64,000 nucleotides of DNA from Vicugna vicugna (Eukaryota): assembly GCA_013265495.1 (NCBI GenBank), contig MU058868.1, positions 2,287,553 through 2,351,552 of the forward strand, read 5' to 3'. Each line of letters opens with the position of its first letter. Positions within the stretch are counted from its first letter, which is position 1. The notes under the pieces are model-generated. The model ran no database searches. It was not told the DNA's origin and saw nothing but the letters and a program-made list of their open reading frames with translations. Shown here piece by piece: positions 47,771 to 58,789 of this stretch. The position numbers and the translations under genes are program-made.

Positions 47771-48221
47771 CAACCTCCACAGAACAGAAGCAAAAGAGGA
47801 TGCTGGGTGGGGATGCTGGGTCTAGCAAGAGTGGCTCATTCAGGCACCGCCATGCTCTGCCGGGCCCCGCCTGCACCGGCTACACTGCTGGCATCAGCGT
47901 AGCTGGGGAGGATGGAAGACAGCAGGCCCTTCGCAGGGTTCCCAGCCACCCATCCCTCCACCACACTTTGACTGAGCCCCTACTGTGAGCTGTGAGCCAG
48001 GCCCGCACCAGACAATGGGACAAAGAAATGGCTTGTCCACAAGAGCCCACTGCAGACAGAGACATGGTCCAGTGACGGCCCACCCTGAGGGGCACACAGG
48101 AGACCCAGTGGAGGTGAGCAGGCCAAGGCAGAACCCAGCCTGAAACCTGGGAAGAGCTGCCCACCATGGGCTGGCAGAAACCCCACCTCCCTGCAGCCTG
48201 GGAGGCTGAGCGTGGCCCCAG

Positions 48222-48656
48222 GCACGTGCGCATGTGTGGGTGTGTGCATGCGTGCGGGTGCACGAGTGGGTGTGTGCAGCGACATGCAGAAGTGAGGTGT
48301 GCACACAGACTCACACACGTGTGCACATAGCCTGTGTGTGTGATTGTATGCATATGTATGGGTGTGTGAGTGCTTAGTATATGTGGGCAGATACATGCAT
48401 GTGCATAGCGTGTGGGGCGTGCACACGTGTCTGCTTGCAGGTGCACATACGTGCATGCACACACATCCTGTGTACAGATGGTACTCGTGTGCATGTGCTG
48501 TGTCATGTATGTGGGCGTGTGCCCGAACAGTACAGATTTGTGGATGTCTGTGTGCGGATGAGTGTGCAGGCATAGATGCACACGGATATGTGTGTACATG
48601 GATGTGTGTGTGCATGTATGGATTCGTGTGCATGTGCACGCATGCTTGTGTATGCA
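48222..48656. repeat. About 430-bp degenerate alternating purine-pyrimidine (TG/CA/TA/CG) tract
   Basis: Directly visible. It produces the His/Thr- and Cys/Val-rich spurious ORFs. Confidence 0.92.
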
Positions 48657-49202
48657 GGGAGCTGGTTCAAAGAGACAGGCAACCATCTACCTGAGCTGAG
48701 GCCACTGGTGGAGCACAGAGCACCTTGCCCAGCAGGTGTGCACCCAAATTCCTCCTCCTGACAGGGGTCCTAGGACCCAACGGCCTGTGGTTGTGGCCCT
48801 GGCTGGACCAAGCTTTCCCTCTGGACCCTGCTCATTGTGGGTGGGATGACGGCAAGTACACCTCGGCAGCCTCAGGATGCTCTGCTTCCACGTGGCTTCC
48901 CTTCTGAGACGCCCCACCCCTCCTCCATGCCCGCATCCCCCATCAGGACCACCTGGCTCCCCACAGTGCCCTCCCGTCACCCCTCCTGGTCCCGCCGAGC
49001 CAGGCCTGGCTGTCAGCGGCTCACCCGCTAGGCAGTCTTTCCGGGCACGTGCTGTTCTGCCTGTTACAGGACAGTTGGGAGCAGTTTGTCAAGCTTAATT
49101 TTCAGTGTTGGGGTGAGAGGCCTCTCCAGCTCTTTACAAACAGCTCCATCCCTGCGGCCTCTGGTGCACACAAGCAGGACAACATTCAGTGCGCCTTGAA
49201 GC

Positions 49203-49256
49203 CCGGGCTCTCTATCCCAAGGACTCCGCCTGGGCTCTCTATCCCAAGGACTCCGC
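49203..49256. repeat. 27-bp tandem duplication
   Basis: gggctctctatcccaaggactccgc at 49205 and 49232. Confidence 0.95.
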
Positions 49257-50977
49257 AGGGACCCAGCCCTCCGCCGCCCTCAGCTCTGGGCCCAGGACCC
49301 ACGGGAGAGGCTCTTCCTCCTTCCTCCTCCTGGGTTATGCCGGCAGTGTGATGCCTGCTGCCTGAGGTCAAAAGGCGGGCCAAACATCCCCAGGGGCCTG
49401 AGTCACTTGGCCCGCCAGGCGCTCTAGATGTCTCCTGCCTGGCCTGGCTGAAGAGCTGCGGCCTGGGCAGTGGGACGTCCTGTGTGCATTGGGCCCCCAG
49501 GACCTCTGGGTCCTTTTCTTCCAAATCCCTCATGCTGGCTGGCCTTGCTTGTGAACACATGAAGTGTTGAGTGGAGCCAGGACGCTGGATGCATCCCCCC
49601 AAAGTGCTCCTCAAAAGATGAGAACCCCTTGTGGTCAGGAGGAGACCCACATGGCTGTGCAGCTGCTGGGAGAGCCAGATCTCTCAAAAATCTACATCCG
49701 ACCACCGCCACATCCCGGTTTTGGGTCTTCCTCTGGCTCCCCATGCCTCCAGGACAAGTCCACCCCCACCCCAGGGAGCACAACCAACAGGGGCCTCTCG
49801 CTTCCTAAAAACTTCTGTCACTCTTCAAATGCAGCTCAGAGGTCACCTCCTCTAGGAAGCCTTCTTTGACAACCCCACTGCCAGGCTTGGAGGGGAGGAG
49901 CTGCAGGGCTCTGATGACATTCACTGCCCCCATCTCAGTGTGTGACACCATCTGCCCCAGACAACAAGCACTCAGGTAGGAGGCCTGATACAGACAAGGC
50001 CAGCGTGTGCCAACGAGGGAGGGTCAGCTATGTGTGAGTCTTCCCTGCAAAATGCTCCCCCAGGCGCCCCAGTCAGTGGGGTCTCTTAGGCCTCCAGGAC
50101 CAGGGAGGTCTTTCACAAATATGGTGCCTCTACCTTCCCTGGGTCACATACGGTCGTGGCTTTGCTCCCCAAAGGGCATCAATGCCAAGGACTGGCCTGG
50201 GAGCTTTAACCTTCTTGGACAGGTCTGCCATCTGGAGTGTCTGATTTCCAGCCCAGCGCCAGCCTGAGCCCCTCTTCCTCAGTGTAACTGCTTAACAAGG
50301 GTGCTGGAGCTCCACGTTGGCATCTCTGCTAAGATAGTGTGCTCTCCCGGGAAGGCCTCTGAGCTCAGGAAAGAGAGGCGCAGCCCTCAAGCCAGGCACA
50401 TTTCTAGGCGTCCCCGGGGAGGTGGGAAGTTCTGACCCTTCCCGGAGACACCCTCCTATTACCCAGAGGCATCCCACTCCCTCCCCCAGCCTCAACCCCC
50501 ACCGCACCCCCCTATCTGAGGATGCAGAGAGCTGCCCGCTGGCCTAGGTGCGTTTCTGCTCTGCTGGGAGAAAAGGTGCTCCTGTTCATCCTAGTGAGAA
50601 ATGCCACGCCTGGGAACTCCAGCTTCCTTCCCACGGTCTGTCTTCCGAAGACCTCAGGCTGCCTGGAGGTGGGGACCAGCACCTGACACGGGGCCGGAGC
50701 AGCAGTGCGCATCTGCGGAACGAATGCACAGGGACGTGGGACCCGGGTAAGCGGGGGTGACCTCAGAAGCTCGCCCCTAAGCAGAAACGAGGCACCCACG
50801 CAAAACCGCCTCTCATCCGGGCAATTCAGTTTGGGGCGTTTTTCAGAAACGGTTAGGTTAAACATCCCCCACTCTTTACAAGCTGGGCCACGGAGCATAA
50901 GAATTAAACTTCAAATATTGCCAACATGGGTGCAGAGCTTGGGAGCCTGCCCAGGGCTTCCACGGGCACCGCCGTCA

Positions 50978-50984
50978 TGATTCA
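50978..50984 (+). promoter_or_regulatory. AP-1-like element TGATTCA upstream of ADRA2C
   Basis: Motif lies in the near-palindrome catgattcatg, 1226 nt upstream of the ATG. This is similar to the spacing I recall for the human ADRA2C AP-1 site. Confidence 0.5.
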
Positions 50985-51831
50985 TGCTTCAGCAGCGCTT
51001 GGAAGCGGGCAGAGGAGGGAACTGCGGCCGAGGGTGGGGAGATGGTTCTGCCCCGGAGCACCGACCAGAGATGGGAGCCAGAGCGGGCCCTGGCCCTCCG
51101 CAGCACCCGTGCGCACCCAGGCAGCGTCGCGTCCTCCACCAGGCTGCGAGTGGCTGGCTCTCCAATCAGGCCGCGGACCCCGAGCCCGCCGGTGTTGCGC
51201 GCGAGTGTGCGCGCCCGCGGGTGCGTGTGCCCGGGGAGGCGAGGAAGCTCCCGTCTTAGAGCAAGCTTCTGGAACTCACCGCCCAGGCCAGTCGGCACTC
51301 AGCCCCGTCCCGCAGACTGCAGGCGGCCCTGGAGGGGGCGCCCTCGCCGAGCGCGCGCCCCGCGCCACCGCCCCGGGCTCCTCCCCGGCGCCGCGCAGGC
51401 AGGTTCGCCGAGGCGGCCCCGCGCTCCGGCTCCCGGGCCCGCTCCCCCTACCCGGGCCGGCGGCCCTGGCCTGCTCGCCGGGCCGCCCCCGCCCACCCGC
51501 GCCCCGCCCCGCTGCGCAACTCTACCCAAGTTGAAAGCCGAGCCCGGGCGGCGACACTCGCGCCGAGCGCCCGGTGGCGGCGGCGGCGGAGGAAGAGGCG
51601 GCGGCGGCGGCAGCGGAGCTCCAGCGAGCCAAGGCAGGCGAGGCGGCGCCCGCACGAACGAGCGAAGACCGCGGGGGGCGCCCTGCCTGGAGCAGCAGGA
51701 GGAGGAGCAGGAGGACGCGCGGCGGCGGCGGCGCCGGCGCCCTGCCCGGGAAAGTAAAGTTGGAGCCGGAGGCGGCGTGCGGGCGCGGGGGCCCAAAGGA
51801 ACGGCGGCCCGCCGAGCCCTAGCCGGCCGGA

Positions 51832-51928
51832 NNNNNNNNNNNNNNNNNNNNNNNNNNNNNNNNNNNNNNNNNNNNNNNNNNNNNNNNNNNNNNNNNNNNN
51901 NNNNNNNNNNNNNNNNNNNNNNNNNNNN
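51832..51928. other. N-run in the presumed ADRA2C 5' UTR (97 nt), abutting a (CCG)6 tract
   Basis: Directly visible. Confidence 0.99.
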
Positions 51929-52114
51929 CCGCCGCCGCCGCCGCCGCGTCGCCGCTCGCTCCGGGTGCCTCCTGCTCTGCACTTACGCGTGCGGCAGCGG
52001 CGGAGAGCCCGGCAGCCACGCTCTCCGGCGCGCCGCTCGCCCGCCAAGCCACCACGGCCGAGGGCCGGCTGTTGGGCGCCGCGGTCCCTGGCGGGCGCGC
52101 CCGAACAGGCGACG

Positions 52115-52189
52115 ATGCGGGCGCCGACCCGGGCTGCGGGGCGCCCAAGCTGCCGCGGCTGCGCCCCGGCTCCAGGCGGGACCGCGTAG
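52115..52189 (+). other. Upstream ORF ([24 protein letters not shown]) in the presumed ADRA2C 5' UTR
   Basis: ATG at 52115 with A at -3, out of frame with the main CDS. TAG at 52187-52189 lies 14 nt before the main ATG. Confidence 0.7.
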
Positions 52190-52203
52190 CTTGCGGGAGG
52201 ACC

Positions 52204-53589
52204 ATGGCGTCCCCGGCGCTGGCGGCGGCGCTGGCGGCGGCGGCGGCGGCGGCGGGTCACAACGCGAGCAGCGCCGGCGAGGGGGGCAGCGGCGGGGCCG
52301 CCAACGCCTCGGGGTCCGCCTGGGGGCCGCCCCCGGGCCAGTACTCGGCGGCTGCCGTGGCGGGGCTGGCGGCCCTGGTGGGCTTCCTCATCGTCTTTAC
52401 CGTGGTGGGCAACGTGCTGGTGGTGATCGCCGTGCTGACCAGCCGAGCNNNNNNNNNNNNNNNNNNNNNNNNNNNNNNNNNNNNNNNNNNNNNNNNNNNN
52501 NNNNNNNNNNNNNNNNNNNNNNNNNNNNNNNNNNNNNNNNNNNNNNNNNNNNNNNNNNNNNNNNNNNNNNNNNNNNNNNNNNNNNNNNNNNNNNNNNNNN
52601 NNNNNNNNNNNNNNNNNNNNNNNNNNNNNNNNNNNNNNNNNNNNNNNNNNNNNNNNNNNNNNNNNNNNNNNNNNNNNNNNNNNNNNNNNNNNNNNNNNNN
52701 NNNNNNNNNNNNNNNNNNNNNNNNNNNNNNNNNNNNNNNNNNNNNNNNNNNNNNNNNNNNNNNNNNNNNNNNNNNNNNNNGCCAACCCGACAGCGCCGCT
52801 TACCCGCAGTGTGGCCTAAACGATGAGACCTGGTACATCCTGTCCTCCTGCATCGGCTCCTTCTTTGCCCCCTGCCTCATCATGGGCCTGGTCTACGCAC
52901 GCATCTACCGCGTGGCCAAGTTGCGCACGCGCACGCTTAGCGAGAAGCGCGAGCCCGCGGGCCCCGACGGCGCGTCCCCGACCACAGAGAACGGTTTAGG
53001 TGCGGGCGAGAATGGGCACTGCGCGCCCCCGCTCCGCCCACGGGCCGACGTGGATCCGGAGGACAGTAGCGCGGCAGCCAAGAGGCGCCGGCGCCGGGGC
53101 GGGCTGCGGCGGGGCGGGCGGCGGCGCGCGGGCGGCGAGGGAGCCTCGGGTGCTGACGGGGCGGGGCCCGGGTCGGGGACGGCCGAGCCGGGCGCGCTGG
53201 CGGCCGAGAGGTCCCCAGGCCCCAGCNNNNNNNNNNNNNNNNNNNNNNNNNNNNNNNNNNNNNNNNNNNNNNNNNNNNNNNNNNNNNNNNNNNNNNNNNN
53301 NNNNNNNNNNNNNNNNNNNNNNNNNNNNNNNNNNNNNNNNNNNNNNNNNNNNNNNNNNNNNNNNNNNNNNNNNNNNNNNNNNNNNNNNNNNNNNNNNNNN
53401 NNNNNNNNNNNNNNNNNNNNNNNNNNNNNNNNNNNNNNNNNNNNNNNNNNNNNNNNNNNNNNNNNNNNNNNNNNNNNNNNNNNNNNNNNNNNNNNNNNNN
53501 NNNNNNNNNNNNNNNNNNNNNNNNNNGACTTCCGGCGCTCTTTCAAACACATCCTCTTCCGACGGAGGCGAAGGGGCTTCAGGCAGTGA
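52204..53589 (+). CDS. ADRA2C: Alpha-2C adrenergic receptor, single exon, 461 aa; about 630 nt masked by N
   Basis: ATG in optimal Kozak context (accATGg). Translation: [22 protein letters not shown]...TM1 [22 protein letters not shown]; ECL2/TM5 [32 protein letters not shown]; Arg/Gly-rich ICL3; C-terminus [20 protein letters not shown]. These match alpha-2C as I recall it. Frame is preserved across both N-runs. Confidence 0.98.
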   Translation: MASPALAAALAAAAAAAGHNASSAGEGGSGGAANASGSAWGPPPGQYSAAAVAGLAALVGFLIVFTVVGNVLVVIAVLTSRXXXXXXXXXXXXXXXXXXXXXXXXXXXXXXXXXXXXXXXXXXXXXXXXXXXXXXXXXXXXXXXXXXXXXXXXXXXXXXXXXXXXXXXXXXXXXXXXXXXXXXXXXXXXXXXXQPDSAAYPQCGLNDETWYILSSCIGSFFAPCLIMGLVYARIYRVAKLRTRTLSEKREPAGPDGASPTTENGLGAGENGHCAPPLRPRADVDPEDSSAAAKRRRRRGGLRRGGRRRAGGEGASGADGAGPGSGTAEPGALAAERSPGPSXXXXXXXXXXXXXXXXXXXXXXXXXXXXXXXXXXXXXXXXXXXXXXXXXXXXXXXXXXXXXXXXXXXXXXXXXXXXXXXXXXXXXXXXXXXXXXXXXXXXDFRRSFKHILFRRRRRGFRQ

Positions 53590-54119
53590 CCCGCGCACCC
53601 TGCCTGGCGCCGAGACCCTGGACAGCTCCGGGCGGAGGGGGCGGGCAGGTGTGGCGCCCGAGGAGAAAGTGGGAGCAGCTTTCCCAGAGACCCAGGGACG
53701 GATTGGCCTCCAGGGAGCAGGGGAGGGTGCGGCAGGACTGGAGCGAGGGCTGAGAAACACACGGTCCCTGGGGAGGGGGAAGGAGAAAGGGGAGACCCCT
53801 CTGCCTTCTCGCCTCAGCAAGGGGCTGCTTCTGAGGCTCCAGGCCTGGGTCCCACGCCGGGGTCCTGCCAGGGTGTGGCTGTGAGGTCAGGGCCGTGGAC
53901 CGCAGTGGTGTGCATCCTCCCAGGTGTGTGAGAACGGAGCCTGCCCACTCCCCCAACATGTGCCACCACCCCATCCACCGCTGAGCAAGGGCTGACTTCT
54001 GGGGACCAGTGGGGCAGCTTCCCAGGGAGAAGAAAAAGGGCACTGACAACCTTTGATTACGGAAGGTATTTAAATGTTTGCCAAAAACGGCTGACAGCCA
54101 ACACAACCAAACTTTTCTA

Positions 54120-54125
54120 AATAAA
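54120..54125 (+). terminator. ADRA2C polyadenylation signal AATAAA
   Basis: AATAAA about 530 nt after the stop codon, at the end of an AT-rich 3' UTR block and followed by TG-containing sequence. Confidence 0.8.
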
Positions 54126-57100
54126 CCTTTGTAACCTACGTGTCGGGCTCTGTCGCCTGCCCGTCAGCGCCGGTGGGGTACCTGCCCGCTCCTCGCCCTA
54201 CCTGACCTCCCCTGAGTGTGGGAGGAGGGCACCCCGGGCTGCCAGACTCAACCCCTCTTGGATGGGGTCTTTGTTGAAAACTGTTTCACATACAAAATAT
54301 GCAGTCAAACTTTTTGTGCTGTAACTGGCCAAGAGGCGAAAGAAATCAGGAGACCCCAAACTGACGCCAGATTTAGATCCTGGGGGACTGCCCTCCTTCG
54401 TAATTCTCCCCCCACCTCTGAGTCTAGGTTTCCCCCGGTGCAGCGCAGCCTTGCCCCCTTGCTCACCCCACACGGAGGCTTGAGGAGGAGTGGCTAGAAG
54501 GAGGGAGAGTAACGTGTGGGAGAGGGTCTCCCCCCACGCTCTTCCAGCCCCAGCAGAGAGCCCAGAAGCTCCTGGGAAGGCTGGTGGGGAGGGGTGGGAG
54601 CAGGGCCCCTGCGGCGCGCACACACACACTTAGTGGGCTGGAGGGGCTTGTGCTGGGGACCTGTGCTGTGACCACCCACCCCCGTGCCTGCACTGTCCCT
54701 CATCGGCCCCTGCCTGCCAGCCTGTCTCTCTCCTGGGCCACTACTCATCTGTCGTCGGTCTGCGGTGGCCACAGATCTGTCTCAGGGAGGAGTCAGCCCT
54801 GGGTCCTGCCTTTCCAGCCCCTGTCTCCTGCATCAGGGGCCAGGGCAGGTCCCTTTCCTCTTCTGACTTACCAGGGCTGCCCCTTGGAGAAGCCGCCTGT
54901 AGCTGCCTGGCCTCATCACCTCAAGCCATATGTCCTCAGGGTACTCCAACTGGGAAGAGCTCTCCCAGACAGGGGGCCTGGTGGGGAGAGGGGCTGAGAA
55001 AATGGCCAGCCAAGGCCACCTGGAACATCCCTGACCCCCCACCACCGGGCAGATGTGTCCATGTTGTGGGCTCTGTTGCAGGATTGCTGAGCTAACTCAG
55101 ATGCACCTTGGCCCTCTCTGGGCCTCAGTACCCCTCCTGTGAAGTGGAGCGGGAGCTGAAGCTTCAGGCCCTGCCAGGCTTGTAGTCTCCGGTCCAACTT
55201 GCCAGCCGAATGGGGGGCCCGTGATGCTAGCCTTCCCTCGGAGAGAGCCTGACCAACACTGGTATTGCTGTCTCAGTGCAGTGGGTTAATGACACTGCCC
55301 CCACCCCCCTGGGGGCTCTTGGGGACTGAACTCGGAGTGTCCAGCAGGAGCACGTAGCCTGGAACACAGCCCACGGAAGAATGTCAACGAACCCTCCTCC
55401 TTTTCCTTCCCGAATGCCGAGCACTGCACCTTCCAGGGCTGTGGCTGGGACCGTAGCGCCCGGCACTTAATATCCCATTCAGCCAACAGACGTTCTCAAC
55501 TCGATCATAATTGCTGCCTGGAGAGACTTTCTTTTCAGCTGGATCAACAGAGACAGAACCTGGCTTATCACCCTGCCTGCTGCAGGGAAACGGGCCGGCT
55601 GCCTTGCTCCGAGTCTCCGGCTCCATCGATGAAGTGGGGGCACTGACATCCCACAGAGGGTGCCCTTGAGCACTGACTGCTCCCAGCTGGCCCGGGAGCC
55701 ACCATGCAGGGGATTTCCCTGGTGTACAAAGGAGGGGCCCCAAGCTCCGTCCAGCCTCATCCACTGTGCACGCTCATTCCCGCAGGGCTCTCCTCTCGTA
55801 TAGCATCCTCCTGTCTGCGCCCTGGTGCCGAGCTCATCTGTGGCTGGGGCAACTGAGGCCCGGGACCCACAGGTGTGCGGGAGGGCAGAGCCGGGCATGA
55901 GCCCAGAAACAGCCAGCTCCGGAGAGTCCTGCCCCAAGCCCTCGGGCGCCAGTGCCCTCCGAGCTCGGCGAGCCTGGGCCCCGCGCTGGAGAAGCATTGC
56001 ACACAACCGCCTTCCTGCCCTGGGATGCCCCTTGGGCTCCTGGGAGATTTCAGGCAAAATAAAAAAGCACCCACAACGAGATCAAGGAGGGCAGAGCCCT
56101 GACGGGGGTTGGCTTCAGTGCTGTACCCAGCTCCAGCCCACTGCTCGTGCAGCCGTTGGGACGTGCGTAGACAGACGTTCATTTAAATTAACTCCTATGT
56201 CTTAATTCAACTGCCGAGTTTGTGGAAAAGGGGGAGAAGAATCATCCAAATATTCCGTTACAGCTCAGTATGCAATTAAAAGAAAAAAAACCACTCACTT
56301 GGAGCAGGCAGAATTGCTAACACTTTAGAAGAGCAGCTCCAGTCTTTGGCTCCTGCCCCCGGCTCCGGGGGTGGGGGCTGAGGATGGGAGAGAACTGGTT
56401 GCCGAGGCACCTGCTGGCGAGGAAGCCATCCTTCCCGGCTGTGCTGGCAGCCGGCTGTATTTTTATATCACATCCGTCGGCAGGGCTCAAATATTCCAGT
56501 GCAGCCTCAGATCAAAACACTGGGCGCCTGCAGGCCCATCTTGAGTCTGGCTGGGCAGCTGTGGCGCTTTGCTGAGCCGAACCCGGCAGAGGGGAGGCGG
56601 CAGGCAGCCCGGCTGAAGGCGCCCTGCGCCCAGCCGGGCCCCTGTGGGCTCCGGGGCCCCTGGCTGTGCTGCGTGTCAGCCTGTGGCTGTCCCTGGGCAG
56701 TGATGGGTGCCTTCTCTGCTTGCCAGGGGCCATCCATGGGGCATTATGTGGATGCAGGTGGGCTTCACAGGGACGGGGGGTGTGAGTTAGTAGGAGGCCA
56801 GCTCATCGGAGCTGTGTAGAGAAGAGGGGACCTAGGTGAGGCATCCCACCTTGTGGACCCGGAGTCCCTGCTCTGAGTCTGCCGGGGGGGGGGCCAGGAG
56901 GCCGCAGCATGCCCCCAGCCCTGCCCATCTCGGAAGGTCAGCTTCATGTTGACCAGCTGGACTACTGAAAGCGTCACATGTAGCTGAGTTGGGGCCGAGG
57001 AGGGTGAAGGGTGTGGGCGGTAGAAGCACCCCATCAGCCTGAAGGGGACCCCAGCAGGCGCCCTGGGTCCACTCCCCACGTGACCCCAGCCCCACGTCCC

Positions 57101-58789
57101 ACCATCTGTAAATGGTGCACACCCTCTCCTGGCTGGGTGGGGACACGCATATGAGACGGTCTGTGACCTCCAGGTGGCGGGGCACAGTGTCTGTGAACTC
57201 TGCCCAGGGAGCAGTCAACTGCCAACCCTGGGCCAAAGGAAATCCCTGGGGACAAAATGTGTTTCTTTCCTGCCAAAAGAATTTGTTCCCAGTGAAAGCC
57301 TCGGGCACAATGGGGTCATTATGTCAAGATAAGGGATCACCATGCAGGGTGGAGTGGACGCGCTGGCCTGGAAGGCCCTGTTGAAGGGCCTCCGCTCTGG
57401 TGGCTGAGCACAAAATGTGCCGCGAGCTGCCTGGCAGTGATGGGGAAAAAGGAAACAGGTGTGCCCTGCTGTCTGCTGCTAAGTTGATAGGGAGAGCTGA
57501 GACCCACCTGTTGGCCTCTGTGAAACCACCGCAAAGACTGCCCAGGCCGGGTGCCATCCCACAGGCCTCTGACTCTGGGAGACTGCCTCTAGGGGTGGGG
57601 GCTCTGGAGACCACGCAGAGCCCGGGAGATCATTCACACCATAGTGCCTGTTGGGGTGGGGGAATGGCCAGTTCTCAGCCCCCGGGGGCCGGCGTCCCTC
57701 ACTAGCTGCACCAGATAAGGCCATTTCCCATTCATCCCACCAACCCTCAGGTCGGTACCTCCCTGACTTGGAGCTGCAGAACTGTGAGCCTGAGGGGCAG
57801 GGCAGTCACAGGAGAGGGGCCTGCCTGGTGTCCAAGACTGGGGCCTGTCTGCAGTCTCCATGTCCTGGTGCCAGAATGAGCCTTAGGGGCTGCAAAGCCT
57901 GCCTGGCACAAGCCCCTGCAGCCCCTCCCACCCCCCACAGCCTGGGGTCAAGCCCGGGCTCTAAGGGCCCTCAGGCCTGTGCGCACCCACCTCATGCTCC
58001 GCCCTCTGCCAGGAGCACCTTTCCTGTCTTTATGCAAGTGTCTCTCATAGGCCCCGCCAGGCTCACACCCGAAAGCCTTTTGGAGCCTCCATCCCTGCCC
58101 TCCCCAGCTGCAGGTCCCCAAGGCTGGCCAGGCACTGCCCCCTGCCCCCAGTGCAGGGGTGGAGGGTGGGGTGGGGCTTGGGGGACAGAGCGACTCCGAG
58201 CACGGGGACAATGTGTCTTCCTGGCCAGCAGAGCAGGCCTCCCTCGGGGATGCAGGGCTATCCTCCTTCTCCCACAGAGAAGCCCCCAGAGGTCATCTCT
58301 GGACAGCAAACCTGAGAGCCGTCCAGGGCGTGCCCACTGCGGATGCCCTGCGACTGGCTTTCAGGCTGTTGGGAGGAAACTTTGAGCAGCCAAGTCAGGA
58401 GTGCTGGTGGCAGCTGGGGGCCGCGGCCCGCGGGCCGGGCTCGGGGCGTGGGGATCTCCCGCTGCACGTGCGGGCCCAGCTGCTGCAGCCATCTGTTCAA
58501 ATATTGGTGGGTGGGCTGTCCCTCTCATTTAATTAGCTCCTAATGGACTGCGCAGCATCTATGAAAACAAAAGGCTCTCCATGTGGCTTTCAGGAGTCTG
58601 GCTGGATACCTCGAAGAGCTCTGGGTGGAAGTTACCCCAAGGGTGGTCCAGAGCAGTCGCCCCCTCCCCATCCTACAGAGAGGCCCAGAGAGGCGAGTCG
58701 TGATGGGGAATAATCACACAGAACAGACGTGATTGTGAGCCCGGCAACTAGTGTTTGTTGTGTGCCTTCCACGTGCCAGCCTGGGGACG

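Larger units (their letters stand above)
50960..53660. promoter_or_regulatory. CpG island covering the ADRA2C promoter, 5' UTR and CDS
   Basis: Very high GC content and dense CpG throughout. CCAAT box (tccaatcag) at 51162-51166 and GC boxes at 51487-51510. Confidence 0.9.

Noticed and set aside
47880-48694. His/Thr- and Cys/Val-rich ORFs resembling metal-binding proteins
   Set aside because: Products of the degenerate (CA/TG)n tract.
52072-52203. 44-codon N-terminal extension from TTG in the ORF track
   Set aside because: Non-AUG codon in weak context (C at -3). ATG 52204 has optimal Kozak context and gives the known N-terminus.
51042-52826. 594-aa plus-strand ORF and long antisense ORFs over the ADRA2C island
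   Set aside because: Arg/Gly/Pro/Ala low-complexity frames extended by N-runs. Expected in stop-poor >80% GC DNA.
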